62,045 bases of DNA from Candidatus Saccharimonadota bacterium (GTDB lineage: Bacteria; Patescibacteriota; Saccharimonadia; Saccharimonadales; Saccharimonadaceae), in NCBI GenBank assembly GCA_014379635.1, contig JACMLL010000033.1, positions 1 to 62,045 of the forward strand, given 5' to 3'. Shown piece by piece: positions 1 to 7,737 of the stretch. Both the position numbers and the translations under genes were made by a program. The notes below the pieces were generated by a model that saw only the letters and a list, made by a program, of their open reading frames with translations, did not search any database and was not told the DNA's origin. Position 1 is the stretch's first letter. Each line of letters starts with the position of its first letter.

Positions 1-416
1 AGTTTAATCCTTACTTTCCCCGCGGAAAGTAATCAAACGCGCTTCTTTTGGCTGCAAAAGAAGGAAAACTGCTGGGGTTGATGAAAAGCCGCGGCATAAA
101 ACCATCGATTACTGCTTGGTTGGTTGCGGAACTCGCTACGCTCAAACATTCTCACCAATCCAGGCAGTAATAGCTGGATTTATCCGGTCTTTTCAGAGAC
201 CCCAGACCCCATTGGCGACGAATAAAAAAAAGAAATACAGTAACGGTTGACCGCATTAGAGCCGCGCAGTTACTCCCAGGACGGACAATCTGCAGCCCGG
301 GTCTGACCAGACGCCGGGGCTCTTGTCAGACCCGGAGCGAAGCCCTGTTCGTCCCGGTGTGTAACCGAGCGGCGATCTTAACCGACCCGGAACGCCTATT
401 CCCCTCTTACGGATAC
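1..416. other. ORF-free, helix-rich region; candidate structured ncRNA of unresolved class and strand
   Basis: No ORF >=60 aa on either strand, and all reverse frames are stopped. Only one + frame runs in from the left edge, to TGA at 79-81. Perfect inverted repeats at 11-19/24-32, 42-49/56-63 and 157-163/174-180. An 11-bp helix 297-307/325-335 is nested inside 279-287/346-354. Confidence 0.3.
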
Positions 417-445
417 TTGACGCACCCCGCTATATTTGGTACAAT
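417..445 (+). promoter_or_regulatory. Sigma-70-type promoter for rpmA (TTGACG-17 nt-TACAAT)
   Basis: TTGACG at 417-422, a 17-nt spacer, and TACAAT at 440-445. An AAGGAG Shine-Dalgarno sequence lies about 7 nt before the ATG at 483. Confidence 0.55.
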
Positions 446-482
446 CAGTTAGATTTTGTTATTAATTTAAAGGAGTTACTCC

Positions 483-755
483 ATGTCACACGTTAAAGCA
501 GGTGGTTCAGCCAAAAACGTCCACAATAATGCGGGTCGCCGACTTGGCGTCAAGCGTTTTGGTGGCCAAACAGTCCGTACAGGCGAAGTCCTAGTCCGTC
601 AAACAGGTTCAACCAAACTTGCCGGCCCCGGTACCTTCATCAGCCGCGACTTCACGATTCATGCCGCTATCGACGGTGTTATCGGTTTCAGCAAAGTACG
701 CAAAAGCCGCTTCACTGGCAAAACGACTCCCCGTACCCAAGTTCACGTCGTTTAA
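483..755 (+). CDS. rpmA: 50S ribosomal protein L27
   Basis: MSHVKAGGSAKNVHNNAGRRLGVKRFGGQ is a typical L27 N-terminus. 90 aa, strong Shine-Dalgarno sequence. Confidence 0.95.
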   Translation: MSHVKAGGSAKNVHNNAGRRLGVKRFGGQTVRTGEVLVRQTGSTKLAGPGTFISRDFTIHAAIDGVIGFSKVRKSRFTGKTTPRTQVHVV

Positions 756-774
756 TATAATACGTTTTCTTAAT

Positions 775-803
775 AAAATAACCTCCGACAAGGAGGTTAT
801 TTT
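775..803. terminator. Bidirectional intrinsic terminator between convergent rpmA and the 335-aa orphan gene
   Basis: 12-bp perfect stem aaaataacctcc / ggaggttatttt with a 5-nt loop, flanked by A-runs and T-runs on both sides. Confidence 0.7.
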
Positions 804-820
804 ATTAAATCGATATTTAT

Positions 821-1828
821 CTATAGAATTGAACGCGCGGCGTCTCGGTGTTGTGCGTTAATTATCTTACCATTGCTATCATGTTTAAGATTATCATCGG
901 CAAGCTGTCGGTCACCGTTAAAACTTCCGTCAAGCATGGCAAGCGCAATACATGTCGCGTATTCGCGGCTGGTCGTGTCCGCCGCAAACCTAGAGTGGTT
1001 ATCGCTTCGTTTCTGTCCGTTAGCCACTAACCTATCGCCATAACCCCGAGGGTTTCTTTTTACCGCATTGTTAAGCTTATCCAGTAAATAGACACCCACG
1101 TCATAACGTACATTTTTATCAGTTCTAATTGCATCAACAGCATCCAATGAAGCCTCTGCGAATGAATACTTTTTTAGTATTTCTTTTAGGCCAATGTCAT
1201 ACTTCATAGAATTTCTAAGCTGGTCCGAGGCGACCTCTCTGGTACCCTGAGTCACGAACTTATCATGCTCTTGCTGCGCCTTTAGAATAGGCTCATTCGC
1301 AATACTCTCTGCCCTTAACCTAGCTAGGCCCGCCGCATGCTCCTCCTCACTAGCCCACAAATAATCGTAGTCGGTGCTATTAGTTGACTCGGACAGTTCT
1401 GGACGTGCGTTTGGGGTAAAAATACGTTCTAAGCGTGGATTCTTTTCTTTTTCGACGTTAGGCTGCTCAGTTGCATTCTCGAAACCTACGAACCCAACCG
1501 ACTCAAGAACACTTCCGCCGAGGTCTCTTGCAAGTTTTGCTTCGGCCTCGGGCGAAAGCTTGTATCGTTCTGGTGTACGATTGAGGTCAGCGGCCAATTC
1601 TTCGGCTAGCTTGGTCTGACCATCAAGGCTACGTGTAGTATCAGATAATGGTTTTTCAACATACCCATGCTCGCTACCAAACTTTTCTTCCGTTTGGCTC
1701 GTAGCAATACGACGGCCACGTTCATCGACACGATCAGTCAAACGCCAAACTTCAACCCTTCTGGGTGCGCCATCAACACTACTGCGAGATACAAGTACTG
1801 GTTGGCTATCTGATAATTTTTCGCTCAT
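821..1828 (-). CDS. Hypothetical protein (335 aa, soluble, no family recognised)
   Basis: Long clean ORF with no TM segment or signal peptide. It has its own extended -10 (TGCTATAAT) upstream and terminators on both sides. I recognise no catalytic motif. Confidence 0.6.
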   Translation of the reverse strand: MSEKLSDSQPVLVSRSSVDGAPRRVEVWRLTDRVDERGRRIATSQTEEKFGSEHGYVEKPLSDTTRSLDGQTKLAEELAADLNRTPERYKLSPEAEAKLARDLGGSVLESVGFVGFENATEQPNVEKEKNPRLERIFTPNARPELSESTNSTDYDYLWASEEEHAAGLARLRAESIANEPILKAQQEHDKFVTQGTREVASDQLRNSMKYDIGLKEILKKYSFAEASLDAVDAIRTDKNVRYDVGVYLLDKLNNAVKRNPRGYGDRLVANGQKRSDNHSRFAADTTSREYATCIALAMLDGSFNGDRQLADDNLKHDSNGKIINAQHRDAARSIL

Positions 1829-1883
1829 AGCTTATTTGTTTTATTAACCTTTATGCAGATTATAGCATAAGACTAATAAAAAA

Positions 1884-1907
1884 GCAACCCCTGGTGTCAG
1901 AGGTTGC
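1884..1907 (-). terminator. Intrinsic terminator downstream of the receiver-domain gene
   Basis: Stem gcaacc(c)ct / ag(a)ggttgc followed by a U-run on the minus-strand transcript (A-run 1877-1883 on +). Confidence 0.55.
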
Positions 1908-1933
1908 CGTCATTCACGAAGATATCGAAAGTA

Positions 1934-2341
1934 TTACTGGATAGGTTGCTGCTCGAGCAGCCCGAGATGGAACTTCACACGCTCGACAACATCACCGATC
2001 ACAACTTGTGATTTTACTAGGTAGTCGTCAACGCCAAGCGCTTCAGCCCGCTCTTTGTCTTTTGGCTGACTGAGGGCGGTTAACATAATAATACGAATAT
2101 TAGCCGTTTCGGTGGTGTTGCGTAAAATATCGAGTACATCAAAGCCGCTAATCTTTGGCATCATAGCGTCCAGCAAAATAAGGTCGGGCTTAAAATCGAT
2201 TGCAGCCGACAAGGCTTCCTCGCCGTTGTTGACTTCACGAATCTCGAAACCTTCGAGCTCCATACGAGATTTGTAAACAGTCGACAATGCGACATCGTCT
2301 TCCACGAGGAGAATTTTTTTCTTTGTATCCATACTGTCCAT
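1934..2341 (-). CDS. Single-domain response regulator (CheY-like receiver only)
   Basis: KKILLVEDD...DLILLDAMMPKISGFDVL...IIMLTAL...K is a receiver-domain signature with no output domain. The ORF-track start at 2419 overlaps the upstream gene, so I prefer the ATG at 2341 (MDSMDTKKK). Confidence 0.8.
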   Translation of the reverse strand: MDSMDTKKKILLVEDDVALSTVYKSRMELEGFEIREVNNGEEALSAAIDFKPDLILLDAMMPKISGFDVLDILRNTTETANIRIIMLTALSQPKDKERAEALGVDDYLVKSQVVIGDVVERVKFHLGLLEQQPIQ

Positions 2342-2375
2342 TATAGTACTACACTTGTCGTTAAAAACACAAGCA

Positions 2376-3605
2376 TTACAGTCCCAGCTCCTTTTTAGCC
2401 GCGTTAAGTTGCGGGTCAATGCCGGCGTTGATATCTTCTTGGGTCAATGCAGCTGTGATATTAGGTTTAATACCCTCTTTTGTGATGTTCTTGCCACTTG
2501 GCGTATACCAGCGAGCGATGGTTACCTTGAGCTGCGCTCCCTCGGGGAGTGTAATCAATTTCTGAACGCTGCCCTTACCAAACGTCTTCTCTCCAACCAG
2601 CTTGGCGACGCCGTGATCTTGCAAGGCTCCGGCCACAATTTCACTAGCGCTGGCACTGCCGGCATTAACCAACACAGCCATAGGAATACCCGCCAGAATA
2701 GCATCGCTGTCAGATTTGAGCTCCTCGATGACCTTGCCATCCGTCCGTTCGGTAACGACGACCTTGTTATCAAGCCAAATTCCCGCGACGTCCTGTGCGG
2801 CAGCTAAGTAACCGCCGCCATTTCCTCGAAGATCTAAAATGACAGCTTTGACATTTTGACTTTTAAAATTCCGAGCGGCTGCACGGGCTAAAGTAGCAGT
2901 TTCATTATCAAATCGGCTGATTGTCAGCGTACCCACTCCGTCTGTCACGCTACTATCGACGCTAGGGTTAGAAATAGTTGCGCGAGTAATGGTAAATTCT
3001 TTGACTTCGGTACCGCGAAGAACCGAAAGCTTGACCGTTGTACCCACTTCACCACGAATTTGAGAAACGGCCTTTTCGACAGTCCAACCAGTCGTTGCTT
3101 GATCATTAATGCTAAGAACCGTATCACCCGCGTTCAGACCAGCTTTTTCCGCTGGGTTAGATTTAAGTGTCCGTATAATAGTTATTTTTTCTTGTCGAAG
3201 ACCAATCTCGGCACCAATACCACCGCCGATATTACCAGACAGGTCATTTTCGAAGGCACTTGTCTCTTTTGAATCCATGTAAAGCGTATAGGCATCGCCT
3301 GCCGCGCCAACTAGGCCCTTATTTGCTCCTTCGACAAGTGCCTTGTCGTCGAGCTTACCGTCATAATTGGCCTTGAGGGCTTTGTAGGTTGCTTGAATAG
3401 AGCTTAGGTCAATATCACCAGCATAGGTTTTAAGCCCAAAGGTAGGCCCTACAACGCTCAGTATTTGTTCACTACGGGTACCTACGAGGAATCCGACCAC
3501 AGCCGTTGCGGCAATAATCAAGAATAATAGATTAGCTGATAAAGGCTTCTTGGCCTTCTGTTTGTGCGGATGCGCACTATCTGAATGCTGCTGGTGGTCT
3601 GTCAT
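2376..3605 (-). CDS. Carboxy-terminal processing protease (S41 family, PDZ-containing)
   Basis: N-terminal TM anchor, a PDZ region, LDLRGNGGGYL and VLVNAGSASASEIVAGALQD motifs. GGGGAG Shine-Dalgarno sequence. Confidence 0.9.
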   Translation of the reverse strand: MTDHQQHSDSAHPHKQKAKKPLSANLLFLIIAATAVVGFLVGTRSEQILSVVGPTFGLKTYAGDIDLSSIQATYKALKANYDGKLDDKALVEGANKGLVGAAGDAYTLYMDSKETSAFENDLSGNIGGGIGAEIGLRQEKITIIRTLKSNPAEKAGLNAGDTVLSINDQATTGWTVEKAVSQIRGEVGTTVKLSVLRGTEVKEFTITRATISNPSVDSSVTDGVGTLTISRFDNETATLARAAARNFKSQNVKAVILDLRGNGGGYLAAAQDVAGIWLDNKVVVTERTDGKVIEELKSDSDAILAGIPMAVLVNAGSASASEIVAGALQDHGVAKLVGEKTFGKGSVQKLITLPEGAQLKVTIARWYTPSGKNITKEGIKPNITAALTQEDINAGIDPQLNAAKKELGL

Positions 3606-3644
3606 AGTTCTCCCCTGTTGTGCCTTTGTTTACTTACTCATAAT

Positions 3645-3674
3645 TATAGCGCACTCTGGGATGAGTGCGCTATA
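3645..3674. other. Perfect 12-bp hairpin between the CHAP-hydrolase gene and the S41 protease gene
   Basis: tatagcgcactc-tgggat-gagtgcgctata. No clean U-tract. On the minus strand a TATAAT overlaps the 3' arm. Confidence 0.4.
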
Positions 3675-3691
3675 GAAGTTATGGTTTTATA

Positions 3692-4876
3692 TTACTTTAC
3701 GATTTGAACGTAGTGGTCAAAAGCGCTCGTAGGTAGATTCATCATACTGTACATACCGTAACCTTGACCGTAATCATAGTTATATTGACTGACAGTAACT
3801 GTGCCACCGTCAGCGCTAACACCCTCAACCCACGCAACATGTCCATATTGCTGACCGGCTTTATAAGGATCCATGACGGCTATCGAGCCTGCCCGTGGGG
3901 CTCCATCGGCTGAATTGAAACGCGCCATTGCATTGCCGGTAAAGTCCTTTGCGTCACCCCACTTTGGATAAAAACTCGTCTCTTTTGCTATCTTCCACGC
4001 GACGTAGCTCGCACATTGACGACAGCCGTATCCATATCCATCGTTACCATTTCCATCGGAACCGCCCGTAGACAAGTAGCCCCACATAGGACAAGTAGAT
4101 CCATTCCATGGATAACTACCGAGCAAGCCACCATCAATAACAGTACCGCCGCTGAACCTAGCCGCCAGTGCCGCTTGATTGGCCCGTGATTCTGCAATTT
4201 GAGCTTGTTTATCACCAATGAGGCCTTGGTATATCGCCTCGTCATTGCGCGTTGCATTGAGAAGGCCTTGCTGTTCGGATTCTTTGGCAGCAAGTACATT
4301 CCTTTGATCTTTTTGGTCGGCGAGTAGCTTCTCTACATCGACTTTTTGTTGATCGAGTGTAAGCTTTAGCGCTTTGATCTCTGCAATCGTCGAAGTCAAT
4401 TGATCGCGGACGGAATTTCGATACTCTTGCTTGTCAAGGTATTCACTAATAGTCTTACTACTTGCAATCATCTCAATTGGAGATATCTTATCATCAACGT
4501 ATAGGTCTGCGATAATGTCACCTAAAAAGCTTTTGTTGTCGGCAATTTTTTTCTCCGTGGCGGCAATATCTACAATCAATTTGTCATATTGAGCCTGGTT
4601 GATATCAATTTGAGCCTGAATAGCAGCCTTTTGATTGGTAAGTTTTGCCACTTCCGAACTTAACGTCACAGCCTCGTCATTAAGGCGATTGGCTTCAGCT
4701 TGATATTGATTAATCTCCCTTTGGAGAGTTCGAATTTCACCATCGAAATCTCGTGCATAAGTAGAATTATTGATTTGAATCGCTACAGCGATGGCCACAA
4801 CCAACACGCCAAGCACTACTAGCAATGACTTTGCTATAAAAGGGATTGAAGCTGGTGTGGTGGTACGCAGTTTCAT
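3692..4876 (-). CDS. PcsB-like peptidoglycan hydrolase: signal anchor, long coiled coil and C-terminal CHAP domain
   Basis: The N-terminal ~230 aa are heptad-rich (Q/A/E/K/L). The C-terminus has the CHAP catalytic Cys (GCRQCASYVAW) and His (YGHVAWVEG). Lies immediately downstream of ftsEX. Confidence 0.85.
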   Translation of the reverse strand: MKLRTTTPASIPFIAKSLLVVLGVLVVAIAVAIQINNSTYARDFDGEIRTLQREINQYQAEANRLNDEAVTLSSEVAKLTNQKAAIQAQIDINQAQYDKLIVDIAATEKKIADNKSFLGDIIADLYVDDKISPIEMIASSKTISEYLDKQEYRNSVRDQLTSTIAEIKALKLTLDQQKVDVEKLLADQKDQRNVLAAKESEQQGLLNATRNDEAIYQGLIGDKQAQIAESRANQAALAARFSGGTVIDGGLLGSYPWNGSTCPMWGYLSTGGSDGNGNDGYGYGCRQCASYVAWKIAKETSFYPKWGDAKDFTGNAMARFNSADGAPRAGSIAVMDPYKAGQQYGHVAWVEGVSADGGTVTVSQYNYDYGQGYGMYSMMNLPTSAFDHYVQIVK

Positions 4877-4931
4877 GTCAAGGCCAAGCGTAACATAAGC
4901 AGTATAGGTTTGTCAATCATAAAACCCCCTA

Positions 4932-5909
4932 CTACAGCTTCAAATAACGTCGGGTTGCAAGAAGGGACGAAACAATTCCAATAAACGCACCCAGCCCTAT
5001 CATCCCTAACAGGACAAAGACTCCATAAGATGTTACGTAATTAATGGTTGCTTGGACGGAAAAAAAGTTGCTCAAGGATTTGGATGAGGCATACAATCCC
5101 GCCAATCCAAGTCCTGTCGCGATAACGGCCGCTATAAATCCATAGACAAGCGCCTCGACTAGGAATGGGCCACGAATGAATGACCTATCGGCCCCAATTA
5201 ATTTCATCATTTGTATTTCTTCCTTGCGATTAAAGATGGCCATCCGAATGGTGTTAAAGATAATCAACGACGAAATAGCAACGAATACGAGACTCGCAAT
5301 AAGGCCGATTTTTTCGGCAAAGCTAATTCCCTGACCAATCGACTCGATACTAGCCTTTCTTTCGCCAGCAAATGATGGCGCCCGAGCAGAATCAATACTT
5401 TTCTTTAAAAGCTGATTTGTATTAACAAAGTCGCTAAGCTGAGAGGTATCGTTAATGTCTTGGATAGTGACGTGAAGAATACCCGGGTTTCTGTTAGTCG
5501 CCTCTTTTGATGCCTCGAGAAAGGCGATGTTCTTTTTATTTTCCTGGATTTGCTGGGCTTTGGCATCTTCAGCACTCACGTAATCTACCGATCGGACAGA
5601 TGATAGTTTTTGTAACTGCTGCTTAATAGCATCCGCTTGAGGATCGGTTGTTTCGGTTTTTAGATAGATTGACATCGGTACCTTATCGCGAAGTTGCGCG
5701 ACCGTCTCGGCCAATATAGAGCGTGCGACAACCGCCGTAAATATAATCAGTAGTGTAATTGTCATAACAGCCGTTGCCGCAATGGTCAGCCAAGCGTTAC
5801 GCGAGAAGTTATTAATTCCATAACGGCACATGCGAACAAACGTCAGCCACTTGCGACGGTTTTGCTTTTGCCTAGCAAACGCCTTTGAATCTAATTTACG
5901 CTTGCTCAT
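4932..5909 (-). CDS. ftsX: Cell division permease-like protein FtsX
   Basis: Four-TM FtsX topology with an extracytoplasmic loop. 4-nt overlap with ftsE. Confidence 0.9.
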   Translation of the reverse strand: MSKRKLDSKAFARQKQNRRKWLTFVRMCRYGINNFSRNAWLTIAATAVMTITLLIIFTAVVARSILAETVAQLRDKVPMSIYLKTETTDPQADAIKQQLQKLSSVRSVDYVSAEDAKAQQIQENKKNIAFLEASKEATNRNPGILHVTIQDINDTSQLSDFVNTNQLLKKSIDSARAPSFAGERKASIESIGQGISFAEKIGLIASLVFVAISSLIIFNTIRMAIFNRKEEIQMMKLIGADRSFIRGPFLVEALVYGFIAAVIATGLGLAGLYASSKSLSNFFSVQATINYVTSYGVFVLLGMIGLGAFIGIVSSLLATRRYLKL

Positions 5910-6589
5910 TGCCTGTAACTCCCCTGCGCTTGGTCACCAGTAATTTTACCGTGTTCGATCGTAATCACCCGTCGCTTCAATTTATTAACAATATCAACGT
6001 TGTGAGTGGTCAGCAGAACCGTCGTGCCGTATTTGTTAATCTTTTCAAGCAAGCGAACAATATCCCAGCTGTGCTTTGGATCGAGGTTTCCGGTTGGCTC
6101 ATCAGCAATCAGAATCTTTGGCTGACGAACGACGGCACGAGCAATGGCGACGCGTTGACGCTCACCGCCAGACAATTGATGCGGGAATTGCTTTTCTTTA
6201 CCTGTCAGTCCAACCAGTTCAATCACTTTTGGAACGGTGTTTTTAATTTCACGACCACTCATACCAGCAATCTCAAGGGCAAAAGCAATATTTTCAAACA
6301 CGTTTCGCTGGGGTAATAATTTAAAATCTTGGAACACCACGCCAATCTTGCGTCGGAGCATCGGAACGTGGCTATCTTTGAGTGTATCGTAGTCGATACC
6401 TCCGACAACTATCTTGCCACTGGTCGGTTTTTCTTCACGCGTCAACAGCTTCAGAAGCGTCGACTTTCCGGCACCGCTGGTACCAACTAAAATAACAAAT
6501 TCGCGCGGCTCAATAAACAAGCTCATGCGATTAATGGCCGGCGCAGTATCCTTGCCGTACGATTTTGTTACCCTGTCAAGTAGTATCAT
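5906..6589 (-). CDS. ftsE: Cell division ATP-binding protein FtsE
   Basis: Walker A GTSGAGKST, signature LSGGERQR, Walker B ILIADEPTGNLD. About 227 aa, paired with ftsX. Confidence 0.92.
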   Translation of the reverse strand: MILLDRVTKSYGKDTAPAINRMSLFIEPREFVILVGTSGAGKSTLLKLLTREEKPTSGKIVVGGIDYDTLKDSHVPMLRRKIGVVFQDFKLLPQRNVFENIAFALEIAGMSGREIKNTVPKVIELVGLTGKEKQFPHQLSGGERQRVAIARAVVRQPKILIADEPTGNLDPKHSWDIVRLLEKINKYGTTVLLTTHNVDIVNKLKRRVITIEHGKITGDQAQGSYRQ

Positions 6590-6633
6590 TGCTAACCACC
6601 ATTATAGCATAAGAACAAATGGGCGGGGCAAAT

Positions 6634-7716
6634 CTAGGCTGCCTCTGGACGCTCTAAGTAGGCTTCAATAAAGCCATCAAGTTTGCCGTCCAGTACCCCG
6701 CTGGCGTCACGATCTTCGTGTTTTGTACGTGTGTCTTTGACCATCGTATAGGGATGGAGGACGTAATTGCGAATTTGACTGCCCCAATTGGCTGACTCGC
6801 CCGCCTGAAGGTCTGTAATGCTGGCGGCGTGCTGTTCAAGTTGAAGTTGCGCCAGCTTACTCCGTACAATTTTGAGGGCTGTCTCGCGGTTTTGCAACTG
6901 ACTACGCTCATTTTGAATCGATACAACGATTCCCGTCGGAAGATGCGTTACCCTCACGGCACTATCGGTCGTATTGACCGATTGACCACCGTGCCCACCA
7001 GCTCGGTACACGTCTATCTTCAGGTCTTTATCGTCAAGTTGAACCTCTTCGGGTACATCAATCTGGGGAAGCACCTCTACAAGTGCAAAGCTCGTCTGGC
7101 GAAGATTATCACTATTATAGGGACTCAGCCGCACCAATCGATGAACGCCGTGCTCACTTTTAAGTTTTCCGTAGACGTACGGGCCCGTTACCTCGATGAC
7201 GCTCGATTTTATACCAGCCGTTTCACCGACCGAACGTTCAATGATTACTGTTTTCATTCCTGACTTTTCTGACCAGCGCAAGTACATCCGTTCCAACATC
7301 TCTGTCCAATCTTGTGCGTCCGTGCCGCCGACTCCTGCGCTGAGGCGTAAGATTGCATTACGTTCATCATATTCGCCGGTATACAGCAGTTCTCTCCTTT
7401 GGAGTGCGAATTCACGCTCGAGGGCGGTCACCTGCTCGTTAAACTCACCCAGCAAACTATCGTCACCCATATCGATTAACTCAGCAATATCTGCCACCTG
7501 AGCCCGAAGGACCAACCAAGGCTCAACCGCACTGTTAGCCGCGGCAAGTTGCTTGCTTTTGTCTTGTGCCTCCTGCGGGTTGTGCCATATCTCGGACGTC
7601 GCCAATTCGCCTTCGAGAACTGCTATTTTTTCTTGTTTGGCTACAATCGAAAGACGCACAAAAGCCGCATCGACTTGTGACAATAAATTTGTAATTCGTT
7701 TAAGTAGTGGCTGCAT
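6634..7716 (-). CDS. prfB: Peptide chain release factor 2 (uninterrupted ORF)
   Basis: GGQ motif [26 protein letters not shown]. The RF2-type tripeptide region reads LSPYNSDNLRQTSF. 360 aa, colinear with RF2 from residue 1. Confidence 0.92.
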   Translation of the reverse strand: MQPLLKRITNLLSQVDAAFVRLSIVAKQEKIAVLEGELATSEIWHNPQEAQDKSKQLAAANSAVEPWLVLRAQVADIAELIDMGDDSLLGEFNEQVTALEREFALQRRELLYTGEYDERNAILRLSAGVGGTDAQDWTEMLERMYLRWSEKSGMKTVIIERSVGETAGIKSSVIEVTGPYVYGKLKSEHGVHRLVRLSPYNSDNLRQTSFALVEVLPQIDVPEEVQLDDKDLKIDVYRAGGHGGQSVNTTDSAVRVTHLPTGIVVSIQNERSQLQNRETALKIVRSKLAQLQLEQHAASITDLQAGESANWGSQIRNYVLHPYTMVKDTRTKHEDRDASGVLDGKLDGFIEAYLERPEAA

Positions 7717-7737
7717 GGTTATCTATTGTAACTGATT

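Noticed and set aside
81-170. 29-codon small ORF (MKSRGIKPSITAWLVAELATLKHSHQSRQ) with AAGGAAAA 12 nt upstream.
   Set aside because: It is too short, has no recognisable family, and is embedded in stable helices. There is no independent support.
72-212. Possible tmRNA. The features were GGGGUUGAUG followed by AAAAGCCGC, a reading frame ending in UAA UAG displayed in a hairpin loop (157-180), and a 7-bp helix 72-78/199-205.
   Set aside because: I found no tRNA-like 3' domain (no GGUUCGA-type T-arm and no acceptor end or CCA context). The implied tag (…ELATLKHSHQSRQ) lacks the hydrophobic Ala-rich C-terminus typical of SsrA tags. The region is kept only as part of the unclassified-RNA finding.
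279-354. SRP RNA helix 8 or RNase P similarity (GUCAGACCCGGAGCGAAGCC compared with GUCAGGUCCGGAAGGAAGCAGC, and ACCCGGAGCAAGGCC).
   Set aside because: The segment does not fold into a GNRA-capped helix 8. Instead it pairs perfectly with 297-307. The RNase P P4 strands (GAGGAAAGUCC and ACAGAAnCCGGCUUA) are absent on both strands.
6634-7716. Looked for the programmed +1 frameshift site in prfB.
   Set aside because: The ORF is continuous from Met1 and colinear with RF2, and no internal UGA is present.
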